DNA of 64,000 bases from assembly GCA_003212535.1 (NCBI GenBank), contig QCPO01000002.1:33215-97214 (forward strand). Direction: 5' to 3'. The position numbers and the translations under genes were made by a program. The DNA comes from Prochlorococcus sp. AG-436-O11. GTDB lineage: Bacteria; Cyanobacteriota; Cyanobacteriia; PCC-6307; Cyanobiaceae. Shown here in pieces: positions 48,496 to 60,417 of this stretch (its first letter is position 1; the number at the start of each line of letters is the position of its first letter). The notes beneath the pieces were generated by a model. That model saw only the letters and a program-made list of their open reading frames with translations. It was not told the origin of the DNA and did no database searches.

Positions 48496-50952
48496 GTGAT
48501 TGATAGTAAGGAATATATTAAATTAATCAAGGACTGGATAAGACCTCTTCAGAAGTCTCTAACAATAGAAACCGAAAGTAAGTTTATTAATATTTTAGGA
48601 AAGCAAAGGTATTTTAATGATTATTTATATGAATCATTGAGAAAACTGGACAAGCTAAAGCTTTCAGATGAATATCTGAAATTATTTAATGATTTTTCTA
48701 AAAGATACTATGAATATAATAAATTAGATTTTAATCAAAGAAAAAGGTTAATAATAGACACTAGAAAAACGCTTTATAAACTTGGAAAAGAAATAGACAT
48801 AATAGATACTAATAAGAGTTCAAATGAAGTTTATTCAGATGTTATTGATTCAAGTTTATCCCTAAATTCAGATATTTCTTTTATAAAAAATGTTGGGAAG
48901 GTCAACAAAAATAAGCTTAATGAATTAGGTATTTTTAATATAAAAGATTTGATTAATTATTTTCCAAGGACATATTTAGACTATACGAATAGAGTTAAAA
49001 TAATTAACTTAAGGCCAGATAATTTATATACTTGTATTGGTAATATAAAAAAAATTTATATTTATAAGAGTCAAAAAAATAGTAATTTATCAATAATGAA
49101 TATTGTAATATCTGATGAAACATCCTCAATTAAGGTTACAAAATTTTTTTTAGGAAAAAGATTTAGATCTTATTCCTTTTTATCATCTCAAAAATCTTTA
49201 TATCCTCCTGGAACTAAATTAGCAATATTTGGAAAGGTTAAATTGTCAGATTATGGCAAAACTTTTGTAGATCCGCAAATAGAAATTTTAAATAATAATA
49301 ATAATAACTTTAATTTCTCTGGAAAAATTATGCCCTTGTATTCATTATCTGATTCATTTCCTAATATGGTTTTTATAAAGATAATGAAAAAGGTATTAAT
49401 TTATTCAAAACAATATCCAGATATATTAAATAAAAAACAAATTAATTCATTATCTTTATTATCTAAAAGTGAGTCTTTAATAAATATTCATTTGCCATCG
49501 AATCAAGAGAAATTGTTAGATGCAAAAAAACGTTTAGTCTTTGATGAGTTGTTCTTATTGCAACTAAAGTTCTTGTTGAGAAAAAGAAAGACAAAAATAA
49601 ATTTAAGTACCAAAAAGTTGCTTCAACAAAAGTTCTTACTTAAAGATTTTTTAAACAATTTTCCTTTCAAATTGACAAAATCTCAATTGAAAGTTCTTGA
49701 TGAAATTAAGGAAGATTTATCTAATTCCTCTCCAATGTCTAGACTTCTACAAGGAGATGTGGGCAGTGGTAAAACCATAATTGCAATTGCGACTCTTTTA
49801 ATAGTTATTGAGAAAAATATGCAAGGTGCATTTATGGTCCCTACCGAAGTACTTGCTGAACAACATTATAAAAATTTATTAAAATATTTAAACCCACTTT
49901 ATGTTTCTGTTGAACTTCTTACAGGCAATACTCCTCAAAAAAAAAGAAAGGAAATTTTTTCAAATTTAAAAAATGGATTAGTTGATATTCTTGTAGGTAC
50001 ACATGCATTATTTGAAGATAAAGTTATTTTCAATTCATTAGGGATGGTAGTAATAGATGAGCAACATAGATTTGGCGTAACACAAAGGAATAAACTAATA
50101 GATAAAGGTGATAATACTAATTTGCTAGCAATGACTGCTACCCCAATTCCAAGAACTCTTGCGTTATCTCTTTATGGTGATTTAGATATTAGTCAGATTA
50201 CAGAACTGCCTCCAGGGAGAGTTCCAATAACTACAAAAATAATTTCTGAAAATGAATTAATTGATTTATTTAGATTGGTTGAAGGGGAGATCAATAATGG
50301 ACAGCAAGCTTATGTAATTTTGCCATTAATAGAAGATTCTGAAAAAATGAATTTAAGCTCTGCAAAGAGAATATTTAAATATTTATCTGAAGTTGTCTTT
50401 TTTAAAAATAAAGTTGGACTATTACATGGGAAATTAAATTCTCAAGAGAAAAATAAAGTAATTAGTTCTTTTGTAAAAAATGAAATTAATATTTTGGTCT
50501 CTACAACAGTCATTGAGGTTGGGATTGATGTACCTAATGCTTCTATTATGATTATTTATAACTCTGAAAGATTCGGTTTGTCTCAGCTACATCAATTAAG
50601 GGGAAGAGTTGGGAGAGGATCTAAGAAATCATTTTGCTACTTAGTAACCCCAGAAAAAAATGGATTAGAAAATAAGAGATTAGGTGTTTTAGAAAAATCT
50701 AATGATGGGTTCTATATTGCAGAAAAAGACTTAGAACTTAGAGGACCAGGCCAGCTTTTAGGATACAAACAGTCTGGATTGCCTGACTTTGTATTAGAAA
50801 ATTTACCAAACAATAAAGTTTTAATTGAAAAGGCTAGAGAAGAGGCTCTTAAAGTAGTTAGTGATGATCCTGATTTAAAAAGAAATTCGGTTTTGAAGGA
50901 AATGCTAATTGATAATTCTGATAACAAATTTATACATGACTTCTTGAATTAG
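48496..50952 (+). CDS. recG: ATP-dependent DNA helicase RecG
   Basis: RLLQGDVGSGKT, DEQHRFG, MTATPIPRTL, QLHQLRGRVGRG, DLELRGPG. Confidence 0.97.
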   Translation: MIDSKEYIKLIKDWIRPLQKSLTIETESKFINILGKQRYFNDYLYESLRKLDKLKLSDEYLKLFNDFSKRYYEYNKLDFNQRKRLIIDTRKTLYKLGKEIDIIDTNKSSNEVYSDVIDSSLSLNSDISFIKNVGKVNKNKLNELGIFNIKDLINYFPRTYLDYTNRVKIINLRPDNLYTCIGNIKKIYIYKSQKNSNLSIMNIVISDETSSIKVTKFFLGKRFRSYSFLSSQKSLYPPGTKLAIFGKVKLSDYGKTFVDPQIEILNNNNNNFNFSGKIMPLYSLSDSFPNMVFIKIMKKVLIYSKQYPDILNKKQINSLSLLSKSESLINIHLPSNQEKLLDAKKRLVFDELFLLQLKFLLRKRKTKINLSTKKLLQQKFLLKDFLNNFPFKLTKSQLKVLDEIKEDLSNSSPMSRLLQGDVGSGKTIIAIATLLIVIEKNMQGAFMVPTEVLAEQHYKNLLKYLNPLYVSVELLTGNTPQKKRKEIFSNLKNGLVDILVGTHALFEDKVIFNSLGMVVIDEQHRFGVTQRNKLIDKGDNTNLLAMTATPIPRTLALSLYGDLDISQITELPPGRVPITTKIISENELIDLFRLVEGEINNGQQAYVILPLIEDSEKMNLSSAKRIFKYLSEVVFFKNKVGLLHGKLNSQEKNKVISSFVKNEINILVSTTVIEVGIDVPNASIMIIYNSERFGLSQLHQLRGRVGRGSKKSFCYLVTPEKNGLENKRLGVLEKSNDGFYIAEKDLELRGPGQLLGYKQSGLPDFVLENLPNNKVLIEKAREEALKVVSDDPDLKRNSVLKEMLIDNSDNKFIHDFLN

Positions 50953-51011
50953 AAATTTCTTATTGTATATTTTTAAATATATGCAAACATAATATTAATA
51001 GTAAAATTTAA

Positions 51012-51698
51012 TTGAAAATTTGGAACAAAATACCAATTAAAGATAATGGTGATAAATTAATAGATATACCTAAATTCTTTAAATTTATTGATCCACACCC
51101 CTACTTTTCTTTAGGGGCTCCATATGAAAATAAAAAATCTATTTGGAAATTAAGAGAAGAAGTTGTTAATAGATTAATAAAAGTAAATGATTATTTGTTA
51201 TCAAAAAACAATTTTTTTCACCTTTTGATTTATGACAGTTGGCGGCCTTTAGAGGTTCAAGAATTTATGTTTAAAAGAGCATTCACTTTAGAGTGTAAAA
51301 AATTGGATATTGATGATTCTGAAAAAAATATGCAAAATTATCCATTAATTATAAAGAGAATTGAGGAATTTTGGGCATATCCCTCCTTCGAAGAAAATTG
51401 TCCTCCGCCTCATTCAACTGGAGGGGCTCTGGATGTATCTTTATCGGATAAATACGGAAATCCTATTGAAATGGGAAGTGATATTGATCAAATGGATGAT
51501 TCCTCAAAACCTGCTTTTTATGAAAATGTTTACGGGGAAGAGGCAATTATTTGGAATGGTAGAAGAAATTTATTAAAGGAAATTATGACTAAATATGGAT
51601 TTGCCCAACATCCAAATGAATGGTGGCATTTTAGTTTTGGTGATCAATTATGGGCTTGGCAAAATAAAAAAACAAATGCATTGTATGGAAAAATTTAA
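51012..51698 (+). CDS. ddpX: D-Ala-D-Ala dipeptidase (M15D, VanX/DdpX-like)
   Basis: YDSWRP, PHSTGGALDV, EWWHFS. Confidence 0.85.
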   Translation: MKIWNKIPIKDNGDKLIDIPKFFKFIDPHPYFSLGAPYENKKSIWKLREEVVNRLIKVNDYLLSKNNFFHLLIYDSWRPLEVQEFMFKRAFTLECKKLDIDDSEKNMQNYPLIIKRIEEFWAYPSFEENCPPPHSTGGALDVSLSDKYGNPIEMGSDIDQMDDSSKPAFYENVYGEEAIIWNGRRNLLKEIMTKYGFAQHPNEWWHFSFGDQLWAWQNKKTNALYGKI

Positions 51699-51701
51699 AT
51701 A

Positions 51702-53492
51702 TTAATCTACTTCATTAAGTAAATTTATTATTGAGGATTTATTTTGATTATTAATAAAATCCCCAAAATCAAGATCGGTATTGCTTTTCTTCCAGAAATT
51801 GAATAAAGGTTTAATGGTTTTTTCTAAATCATCGAGTTCCATTCTTTGTAAAAATGGTTTGGCTAACCTTTGAAGATTTTTATTGCCTCCCAACCATAAT
51901 TGATATTTATTTTGCCCACTTCCAACAAGAGATAATTCTGCCATATAAGGTCTTGTGCATCCGTTAGGACATCCTGTCATCCTGAATAATATTGTTTTTT
52001 CAATTTTTAGATCCTTGAGTAAGTTTTCAATTCTTATAAGAACTTCAGGTAAAATTCTTTCTGCCTCAGTCATAGCTAGACCACAAAGTGGCAGAGCTGG
52101 GCATGCTAAAGCATTTCTTTGAATTTCATTAATTTCTTCTAAATTTCCATATCCAATTTTTGTTAGAACCTTTTTAATGGCATTTTTGTTCTTATTAGGA
52201 ATATTGCAAAGTAAAATATCTTGATTAGGAGTCAGTCTTACATCAAGATTATATTTTTTTACAATACTACTAATTAAGGATTTTTTATCACCATATAATC
52301 TGCCTGATAAAAGTGGCAATCCAACAAAGGAATAATTTTTAGTTTGTTTATTCCACCCTAAATAATCAATAAGTTTCTTTTCGGGTTCTTTTCTAATTGG
52401 CTTAATTTCTTTATTAAAATATTTATTTAAAAGTAATTTCCTGAACCATTTAATACCTTTCCTATGCAGAAGATATTTCATCCTTGAATTTTTTCTTGAT
52501 TTTCTATCTCCATAATCTCTTTGAATAGCCACAATACTTTGTATTAATTCATAAATATCTTCTTTCCCCACGTATCCTAAAGGGTCTGCAATTCTTGCAA
52601 AAGTTTCTTCATTATTATGTGTACGACCCATACCACCTCCAACATAAAAATTGCAGCCTTCTAAATTTCCATCTTTGGAGGTGAATGCAACTATTCCAAT
52701 ATCATTGGTAAGGAGATCAACTGAATTATCACCTGGAACAGTAACAGCACATTTAAATTTTCTAGGTAAATAAGTTGAACCATAGAGAGGTTCATTTTTT
52801 ATTCCACTAAAAACATCATCTTTAAATTGTAATTTCCTTATATCTTCAATTTCTTTGTCAGGTTTTATTGTGTATTCTAAATTCCCATCAGCCCAAAGCT
52901 CTAAAAAAGTCCCCTGACCAGCTACGGGTGTAAGAAGGTCCGCAACCTTAACCGCCAAAGCTCTTGCTATTTTGTATTCTGATGATTCAAATGGCGCGGC
53001 TGGAGCCATGACGTTTCTATTTATGTCCCCACATGCAGCTAATGTTGAGCCCATTGAATTTACAATAGTTTGAATAACCTCCTTCAGGTTCTCCTTTCTA
53101 ATTCCATGCATTTGAAACGCTTGTCTAGTAGTAGCCCTAAGGGAACCATTACCGAGTCTGTTAGATAATTCATCTAAAGATAAAAATAATTTTCCAGGAA
53201 TTTCTCCTCCTGGACTTCTTAATCTCAGCATCATCTGCCAATCTTTGCTTTTCCCAGGTTTTCTATTCTCTCTATTGTCCTGTTGGTAACTTCCATGAAA
53301 TTTCAATAACTGAACAGCATCATTAGTGAAATGATCGCTTTTATTATTTAATTCAGTAGCAAGTGGCTCTTTAAGAAATTGGCTACTTTTCTTAAATTTT
53401 TCAAATTTAGATACTTCTAATCCATTTGCTAAACAAGCAGCTTCTTCTTTAGCAGCATCTTTTTTCTTTTTTACTTTCTCAACCTTGATCAA
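51702..53492 (-). CDS. sir: Ferredoxin-sulfite reductase
   Basis: KFHGSYQQD, TTRQAFQ, LPRKFK, ACPALPLCGLA, RMTGCPNGC. Confidence 0.93.
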   Translation of the reverse strand: MIKVEKVKKKKDAAKEEAACLANGLEVSKFEKFKKSSQFLKEPLATELNNKSDHFTNDAVQLLKFHGSYQQDNRENRKPGKSKDWQMMLRLRSPGGEIPGKLFLSLDELSNRLGNGSLRATTRQAFQMHGIRKENLKEVIQTIVNSMGSTLAACGDINRNVMAPAAPFESSEYKIARALAVKVADLLTPVAGQGTFLELWADGNLEYTIKPDKEIEDIRKLQFKDDVFSGIKNEPLYGSTYLPRKFKCAVTVPGDNSVDLLTNDIGIVAFTSKDGNLEGCNFYVGGGMGRTHNNEETFARIADPLGYVGKEDIYELIQSIVAIQRDYGDRKSRKNSRMKYLLHRKGIKWFRKLLLNKYFNKEIKPIRKEPEKKLIDYLGWNKQTKNYSFVGLPLLSGRLYGDKKSLISSIVKKYNLDVRLTPNQDILLCNIPNKNKNAIKKVLTKIGYGNLEEINEIQRNALACPALPLCGLAMTEAERILPEVLIRIENLLKDLKIEKTILFRMTGCPNGCTRPYMAELSLVGSGQNKYQLWLGGNKNLQRLAKPFLQRMELDDLEKTIKPLFNFWKKSNTDLDFGDFINNQNKSSIINLLNEVD

Positions 53493-53579
53493 AGGACCAA
53501 ATCATATCTCTTTTTATACATTAGCGAAAAGCTTATTTAACCGGTAGTAAATTATAGTTATATTAGTCATAATTTTTTC

Positions 53580-55742
53580 TTGTCTAAATATCTACTTGAG
53601 ATAGGAACAGAAGAGTTGCCAGCAAATTTTTCTCATTCTGTTCTTAATCAATTTAAATCTTTAATTGAATTTGAATTTGATAAAAAACTTATCAAATACA
53701 ATAGTGTTGTTTGTACTTCTACACCAAGGAGAATAGTCCTACTTTTAGATGGATTGGTTGATTATGCAGAAGATAAGACGATTATAAGAAAGGGTCCAAA
53801 AGCAATTTCGGCATTTTTAAATGGAGCTCCAACTAATGCTGCACAAGGTTTTGCGAATAGTTTAGGTGTAAATGTAGATGATCTAGAAATAAAAAATACA
53901 GAAAAGGGAGATTTCGTTTTTGGGAAGAAAATTGAGAAAGGAGAATCTACAAGAATATCCTTGTCTTTGATAATTCCAAAAGTAATAAAGAATTTACAGG
54001 GCCCCCGATTTATGAAATGGGGCTATGGCAACTTTAAATTCTCAAGGCCTATTAGGTGGGTTGTCTCCCTCTACAATGATGAGATTCTTGACTTTGTATT
54101 GGATGAATGTGATCCCAAGATTGCAATAGGAAATAAATCAAAAAGTCATAGACTAATTAATCAAGTTATTGAAATTAATAATCCTGATAATTATTTTGAA
54201 TTAATGACTGATAATAGAATCTTAGTTAATCGAAAAGAAAGAAAAGAAAAAATTGTAAGTCTGATCAATACATCATCTGAATTGCTAGATTTAAATCCAG
54301 ATCTTTCTGAGGAATTACTCAACGAATTAACAGATTTAGTTGAATCGCCAGAATTAATTATAGGTAAATTTAGTGAAGAATTTCTTGATATACCCGTTGA
54401 AGTTCTTTCAACGGTTATGAAAACTCATCAAAGGTATATTCCCCTTTTTCAAAAAGGTAAAACTTTTTCTAAATTAGACTTAAGTTCTGAAGAAATAATA
54501 AGTACTAATTTCTTCGTAATCTCAAATGGTCTTAGTGAATCGAATAAGAATATTGCTAAAGGTAATGAGAAGGTCTTAAAGGCGAGATTCTCTGATGCAA
54601 AGTTTTTTGTAGAAAGTGATAAAAAAGTATCTTCAAATCAAAGAAATGAAAAACTTAAATCTGTTTCTTATTTAAAAGGAATGGGCAATGTTTCTCAGAG
54701 AGTGGATAGAATTGAGGCTGTGACAGGAATGGTTCTTAAAGGCCTAAATGATAAATCTTTAGAGATTGAAAAAGTTATAGAAGCTGCCAAATACTGTAAG
54801 AACGACTTATGTAGTGAAATTGTTTATGAATTCCCAGAGTTGCAGGGAATAATGGGAGGTAAATATCTTAAAAATGAAGGTTTTAGCGAAGAAGTCTGTT
54901 TAGCTGTAGCAGAACATTATTTACCTACTTTTTATAAAGATTCTTTACCTTCTACAAAATATGGCGCAATAGTTTCTATCTCAGATAAGATTGAAACTTT
55001 AATAAGTATTTTTATTTCAGGGAAAAGACCAAGTGGATCTTCTGATCCTTATGCATTAAGACGAAATTTAAATGGAGTGATTAAAATAATTTGGGAGTTT
55101 GAACTTGATTTATCTTTAGAAAATATATTTGATGCTCTTCTTGATTTCTGGAAGATTTCATTACCAAATTTGGATTTTAAAAAAGAGAAAGTTTTAGATG
55201 ATTTAATTGAATTTTTAATTCAAAGAATTGTTAGTCACCTAGAAGAACTTTCTCTAGATAAAGAATTAATTAATGGTATATGCTCCTCGGATAGACTTTA
55301 TAAAAAAAGAATAATAAATGTTGTTGATTTAAAAAATAGAATTAAATCTATTGTTTTATTTAAAGAAAAAGTAGAATTTGATGAAATTCTGAATGTAATT
55401 TCAAGGGTTAGCAAACTAGCTAATTGTGGTGATTTAGATAAAGACATTTTATTATCAAAAAATTATGTAAACCCAGATCTTTTTGAAAAAGAGTGCGAAA
55501 TAAAAGTCTTTAAATTTATTAAGGAATTAGAAAACCTTTTTTGCTCAGGGAATTTGGATTATTTACAACTTTTTACTTTGTTTGAAATCAATACTAATAA
55601 TATTAAGGATTTGTTTGATAATGACAAAGGGGTTTTAGTTATGGCAGAGGATCCAAATATAAGAAAGAATCGACTTAATTTACTAAGTATTATTAGAAAT
55701 TACTCTTTAAGAATTGCTGACTTTACACTTTTCAACTTTTAA
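53580..55742 (+). CDS. glyS: Glycine-tRNA ligase beta subunit
   Basis: LLEIGTEELP, TPRR, FSRPIRW, EFPELQG, GSSDPYALRR. Confidence 0.96.
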   Translation: MSKYLLEIGTEELPANFSHSVLNQFKSLIEFEFDKKLIKYNSVVCTSTPRRIVLLLDGLVDYAEDKTIIRKGPKAISAFLNGAPTNAAQGFANSLGVNVDDLEIKNTEKGDFVFGKKIEKGESTRISLSLIIPKVIKNLQGPRFMKWGYGNFKFSRPIRWVVSLYNDEILDFVLDECDPKIAIGNKSKSHRLINQVIEINNPDNYFELMTDNRILVNRKERKEKIVSLINTSSELLDLNPDLSEELLNELTDLVESPELIIGKFSEEFLDIPVEVLSTVMKTHQRYIPLFQKGKTFSKLDLSSEEIISTNFFVISNGLSESNKNIAKGNEKVLKARFSDAKFFVESDKKVSSNQRNEKLKSVSYLKGMGNVSQRVDRIEAVTGMVLKGLNDKSLEIEKVIEAAKYCKNDLCSEIVYEFPELQGIMGGKYLKNEGFSEEVCLAVAEHYLPTFYKDSLPSTKYGAIVSISDKIETLISIFISGKRPSGSSDPYALRRNLNGVIKIIWEFELDLSLENIFDALLDFWKISLPNLDFKKEKVLDDLIEFLIQRIVSHLEELSLDKELINGICSSDRLYKKRIINVVDLKNRIKSIVLFKEKVEFDEILNVISRVSKLANCGDLDKDILLSKNYVNPDLFEKECEIKVFKFIKELENLFCSGNLDYLQLFTLFEINTNNIKDLFDNDKGVLVMAEDPNIRKNRLNLLSIIRNYSLRIADFTLFNF

Positions 55743-57063
55743 CTTTAATGCCACCTTTAATTGAATAGTTTTTAAGCATTTTTTCAACTTCTTTCTCTTC
55801 TCTGACAGCACTATCAACGGGCTTGTAAGTTAATGGAGCAAGAGCTTTCCCTCTTAAAATTGATCCAAGAGTAAGCATTGTAAGTTTAATTTGTTGTATT
55901 GGTTTCATTGCAACAACTTTTTTATATAAATAACTATCAAAAGTGAGTCTTTGAACATCCATATCATCACACATTTCTACAAAAGCTTCTCTGGCTGAAT
56001 CATTTCTGTAAAAAATATTTTGTAGGATTTCTAGTACCTTATATGTTGTTCCATATTTTTTATCCCATTTTTTTAAGTAATTTTTTAAATCATTCTCTGA
56101 AGGTATAATTTCTCCATTTTTTGAAGCTTCAACAATTTCTTCTGCACACATTCTTCCACTCTTTGCAGCAAAATATATTCCCTCTCCAGAACTCTTGGTA
56201 ACATAACCAGCCGCATCTCCTACTAAAGCCATTCTTCCAACCACTCTTCGAGGCCTTGGGTGCTCAGGAATGGGGTGTGCCTCCACTTTGATAACCTCAC
56301 CATTTACAAGCCTTTTTTTTGCTCTATTCCTTACACCTTCCTGTAGACCCTTTATTAATACTTGATTTTTCTGCATTGTTCCTGTCCCAACGGCAACATG
56401 ATCATATTTAGGGAATACCCACCCATAAAAGTCAGGTGAAACATCTGTTCCTACATACATTTCAGCAAGGTCTTCATAGTAACTCATTTCTTTTTTTGGT
56501 AATTTAATTCTTTCCTGAAAGGCTATAGCTACTTTGTAATCCCCTGCATCCATAGCTTTGGCAACTCTGCTATTAGCTCCATCTGCACCAATTAAAAGAT
56601 CTACCGTAATTTCTTTCTGTTCTCCTTTCTTTTCTCCAGAAGAATAATCAGAATATGTAAGTTTATATGGCCCTTGGTTGTTATTTCCTGTGTTAATTGA
56701 AGTAACTAATCCATTTATTAATGTAGCGCCAAGATCAGCGGCTCTGTTTCTCATGAAAGCATCCATTACTTCTCTTCTGCACATTCCTATAAATTCATTA
56801 TCACTTTTGCCATAAACCTTATCTAAACTTATATCTACTTCTCTATTTGAAGGGGAAATCATTCGCATATGTCTTACTTTCCTATCGATAATTGATTCTG
56901 GCAAGTCAAATTCTTCTACCATGCAAAGAGGAATAGCTCCTCCACAGGGTTTAGCATTATCTAATTTTCTCTCAAAAAGCCAAGTTTGTATTCCAGATTT
57001 AGCAAGTATTTCTGCAGCACATGAACCACTCGGACCTCCACCGATAACAGCAACTCTCAACAT
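55732..57063 (-). CDS. chlP: Geranylgeranyl reductase
   Basis: GGGPSG, NAKPCGGAIPLCM, GDAAGYVTKSSGEGIYFA. Confidence 0.97.
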   Translation of the reverse strand: MLRVAVIGGGPSGSCAAEILAKSGIQTWLFERKLDNAKPCGGAIPLCMVEEFDLPESIIDRKVRHMRMISPSNREVDISLDKVYGKSDNEFIGMCRREVMDAFMRNRAADLGATLINGLVTSINTGNNNQGPYKLTYSDYSSGEKKGEQKEITVDLLIGADGANSRVAKAMDAGDYKVAIAFQERIKLPKKEMSYYEDLAEMYVGTDVSPDFYGWVFPKYDHVAVGTGTMQKNQVLIKGLQEGVRNRAKKRLVNGEVIKVEAHPIPEHPRPRRVVGRMALVGDAAGYVTKSSGEGIYFAAKSGRMCAEEIVEASKNGEIIPSENDLKNYLKKWDKKYGTTYKVLEILQNIFYRNDSAREAFVEMCDDMDVQRLTFDSYLYKKVVAMKPIQQIKLTMLTLGSILRGKALAPLTYKPVDSAVREEKEVEKMLKNYSIKGGIKVKS

Positions 57064-57173
57064 ATGAAAAAAATAAAACCTTTTTAAAAACTACATCTTT
57101 TTTGCTTATAAAAGTGCATTTCTTAAAAAAATAGTTAATATCGAAATATGTTTTTTCAGAAATTCTATTAATT

Positions 57174-57884
57174 TTGGAACCAAAAGAAGATATAAATCAA
57201 GTATTTGATATTCCTTTTGCTAAAAGAACATACTTAGAAAATGCTAATTCAAAATTATTTATAAAAATATTATTAATTTCACCATTTATTTTACTCCTTG
57301 TTTCTTTTACTGGATTGAGATTGATTCGAGATTCTAAAACATTTTCTTCAAGTTTTCTAAGTACACAAATTGATAAAAATAATGACCAAAGAATTTTGGG
57401 ACATTTACCCTATAAAGAAATTTCCAAAGAAAAATTGGTTGTTATTGAACCCCATATTCAAGTCCATGTTGATATGAGTGAATCACTTTTAAAGATGAGA
57501 GAAGCAGCAAAAAAAGATGGAATATATTTGGTCTTCTTGAGTGGTTATAGATCAATAAATTTGCAAAATGATATTTTTTATTCTTTAAAGTCTGTTAGAA
57601 ATCAAATAGCATCAGAAAGAGCTAGAGTATCAGCTCCTCCAGGGTATTCCGAGCACAGTACTGGCTTCGCAATTGATATTGGAGATTATATGCAAAGAGA
57701 TACAGACTTTGAAGTCGAATTTGAGAATACTGAAGCTTTTAAATGGCTACAAATGAATGCAGCTAAATATCACTTTAAGTTGTCCTTTAACAAAAATAAT
57801 AAACATATTGATTACGAGCCATGGCATTGGAGATATGAGGGTTCAATAGAAGCTTTAAAAATTTTCGAAAATTCAAATAGATAA
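57174..57884 (+). CDS. D,D-carboxypeptidase, M15B (VanY-like)
   Basis: SGYRS, SAPPGYSEHSTGFAIDI, EPWHWRY; N-terminal TM. Confidence 0.88.
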   Translation: MEPKEDINQVFDIPFAKRTYLENANSKLFIKILLISPFILLLVSFTGLRLIRDSKTFSSSFLSTQIDKNNDQRILGHLPYKEISKEKLVVIEPHIQVHVDMSESLLKMREAAKKDGIYLVFLSGYRSINLQNDIFYSLKSVRNQIASERARVSAPPGYSEHSTGFAIDIGDYMQRDTDFEVEFENTEAFKWLQMNAAKYHFKLSFNKNNKHIDYEPWHWRYEGSIEALKIFENSNR

Positions 57885-58020
57885 TCTATAAATTTAAGGG
57901 TTTAATTAATATATTCAATATGTTTATGATTTTCAAAGTCTTAAAGGGGAATTTCTCAGAATAAGCATTCTTTGAGTTAGCCTTAATATAATTATTAAAA
58001 TTGTTTTTATAGATTTATAA

Positions 58021-59823
58021 ATGTCATCTTCAATTAAAGAAATTAGAAATGTAGCAATCATCGCACACGTTGATCATGGGAAAACAACTCTTGTTGATGC
58101 TTTGTTATCCCAATCAGGAATATTTAGAGATAATGAAGTGGTTCCTACATGTGTAATGGATTCTAATGATCTTGAGAGAGAAAGGGGAATAACAATACTT
58201 TCAAAGAATACCGCTGTTAATTACAAAAATACGAGAATTAATATTATAGATACACCAGGACATGCTGATTTTGGAGGAGAGGTTGAAAGGGTTTTGGGAA
58301 TGGTCGATGGATGTTTGTTAATAGTTGATGCAAATGAAGGGCCAATGCCTCAAACAAGATTTGTTTTGAAAAAAGCATTAGAAAAAGGACTTAGACCCAT
58401 AGTCTTCGTAAATAAAATTGATAGACCTAGAGTAATACCAGAAATAGCAATAGATAAAGTTATTGATTTGTTTTTAGAATTAGGAGCCGATGATGATCAA
58501 TGCGATTTTCCTTACCTTTTTGGAAGCGGTCTCTCTGGATTTGCAAAAGAAGAAATGGAATTAAATAGTGATAATATGATGCCTTTATTTGAAGCTATTC
58601 TAAGACATGTTCCACCTCCAGTTGGAGACTCAAATAAGCCGCTGCAGTTACAAATTACAACTTTGGATTATTCTGACTTCTTAGGAAGGATTGTAATCGG
58701 AAAAATACATAATGGAACTATAAAAAATGGTCAACAGGCTAGTTTAATTAAAGAGAATGGAAAAACTATTAAGGGTAAAGTTAGCAAGCTATTAGGATTC
58801 GAGGGGTTACAAAGAATTGATATAAACGAAGCTTTTGCAGGAGATATTGTTGCTGTTTCAGGTTTCGATGACGTAAATATTGGAGAGACGATAGCGTGCC
58901 CTGATTCTCCTCATCCTCTTCCTTTAATAAAGGTTGATGAACCCACTTTGAATATGACCTTCGTTGTAAATGATTCCCCATTTGCGGGTAAAGAAGGAAA
59001 ATTTGTTACCAGTAGACAATTAAAAAATAGATTAGAGAGAGAACTTTTAACAAATGTTGCATTAAGGGTAGAAGAAACTGATTCTCCAGATAGATTTTCA
59101 GTCTCAGGAAGAGGAGAACTACATTTAGGGATTTTGATTGAAACTATGCGAAGAGAAGGATTTGAGTTCCAGATTTCACAACCGCAGGTAATATTTAGGG
59201 AAATTGATAATGTTCAATGCGAACCTATAGAGACTTTAGTTTTAGATGTCCCAGAAGCATCAGTTGGTTCCTGTATAGAAAAACTTGGATCAAGAAAGGC
59301 GGAGATGAAAAATATGCAGACAAGTTCAGATGGTAGAAGTCAACTAGAATTTCTTGTGCCATCAAGAGGGCTAATTGGTTTCCGTGGTGAATTTGTTCGC
59401 ATAACAAGAGGAGAAGGTATTATGAGTCATTCCTTCTATGAATATAAGCCTAAATCGGGAGATTTTGAAACAAGGAGAAATGGAGTACTTATTGCTTTTG
59501 AAGAGGGTGTAGCTACATTCTATGCTTTAAAAAATGCTGAAGATAGAGGAGTTTATTTTATTAAACCTGGTGTAAAAGTTTACAAGGGAATGATAATTGG
59601 AGAGAATAATAGACCACAAGATCTAGAGTTAAATATATGCAAAACTAAGCAATTGACTAATATGAGATCTGCTGGAGCAGAAGAACTTGATACTCTACAG
59701 TCTCCAGTTGAGATTACTCTTGAAAGAGCACTTGAATATATTGGTCCCGATGAAATGTTAGAAGTAACACCAGATTCAATAAGAATGAGAAAGCTAAATA
59801 AGAAGAAGAATTTTAAGAATTAA
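58021..59823 (+). CDS. typA: Translational GTPase TypA/BipA
   Basis: [42 protein letters not shown]. Confidence 0.97.
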   Translation: MSSSIKEIRNVAIIAHVDHGKTTLVDALLSQSGIFRDNEVVPTCVMDSNDLERERGITILSKNTAVNYKNTRINIIDTPGHADFGGEVERVLGMVDGCLLIVDANEGPMPQTRFVLKKALEKGLRPIVFVNKIDRPRVIPEIAIDKVIDLFLELGADDDQCDFPYLFGSGLSGFAKEEMELNSDNMMPLFEAILRHVPPPVGDSNKPLQLQITTLDYSDFLGRIVIGKIHNGTIKNGQQASLIKENGKTIKGKVSKLLGFEGLQRIDINEAFAGDIVAVSGFDDVNIGETIACPDSPHPLPLIKVDEPTLNMTFVVNDSPFAGKEGKFVTSRQLKNRLERELLTNVALRVEETDSPDRFSVSGRGELHLGILIETMRREGFEFQISQPQVIFREIDNVQCEPIETLVLDVPEASVGSCIEKLGSRKAEMKNMQTSSDGRSQLEFLVPSRGLIGFRGEFVRITRGEGIMSHSFYEYKPKSGDFETRRNGVLIAFEEGVATFYALKNAEDRGVYFIKPGVKVYKGMIIGENNRPQDLELNICKTKQLTNMRSAGAEELDTLQSPVEITLERALEYIGPDEMLEVTPDSIRMRKLNKKKNFKN

Positions 59824-59827
59824 AAAT

Positions 59828-60196
59828 ATGAATGAAGAAAACACAAAAAGTTTTCAAGATTCCCTTTATTTTGCTTTAACTCTCTTTAACGATCAAAAAT
59901 GGTATGAAGCTCATGATGCTTTTGAAGATATATGGAATACTGTTGACGGAGATGAAAGACAAGTTATTCAAGGAATACTTCAAGTATCAGTCTCGCAATT
60001 TCACTTAAATAAAGGGAATCTAAATGGAGCGACTATTTTACTTGGTGAAGGTTTAGGTAGGATAAAAACTAGGACTAATATTAATTTAGGTCTTGATCTT
60101 GAATCTTTTTGCAAATGTTTAGAGTATTTATTAAGAAAGCTTCAATATAAAGAAAAACTAAATGAGAATGATAAACCTTATTTAAAACCTTCTTGA
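59828..60196 (+). CDS. DUF309 family protein
   Basis: LFN..WYEAHDAFEDIW, QGILQ, GNLNGA. Confidence 0.85.
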   Translation: MNEENTKSFQDSLYFALTLFNDQKWYEAHDAFEDIWNTVDGDERQVIQGILQVSVSQFHLNKGNLNGATILLGEGLGRIKTRTNINLGLDLESFCKCLEYLLRKLQYKEKLNENDKPYLKPS

Positions 60197-60417
60197 TTTA
60201 TCGTGAATATTGTTTCCCCTTTTATCTAATTCAATTAGAAAAATACAACTAATAGTTATTCTCTAATTTTTTATAAGTGATTCGAGTAAACTTAAAGCAG
60301 AAGAAATTATCTACTTTTTCAAAAAAATAAGTTTGAATATATTTTAGACTTAAATCAAAGTGGTAATAACAAAGTTGTTTTTATGAAAACAAGATACTTA
60401 TTCAGCCAAATAAAAGA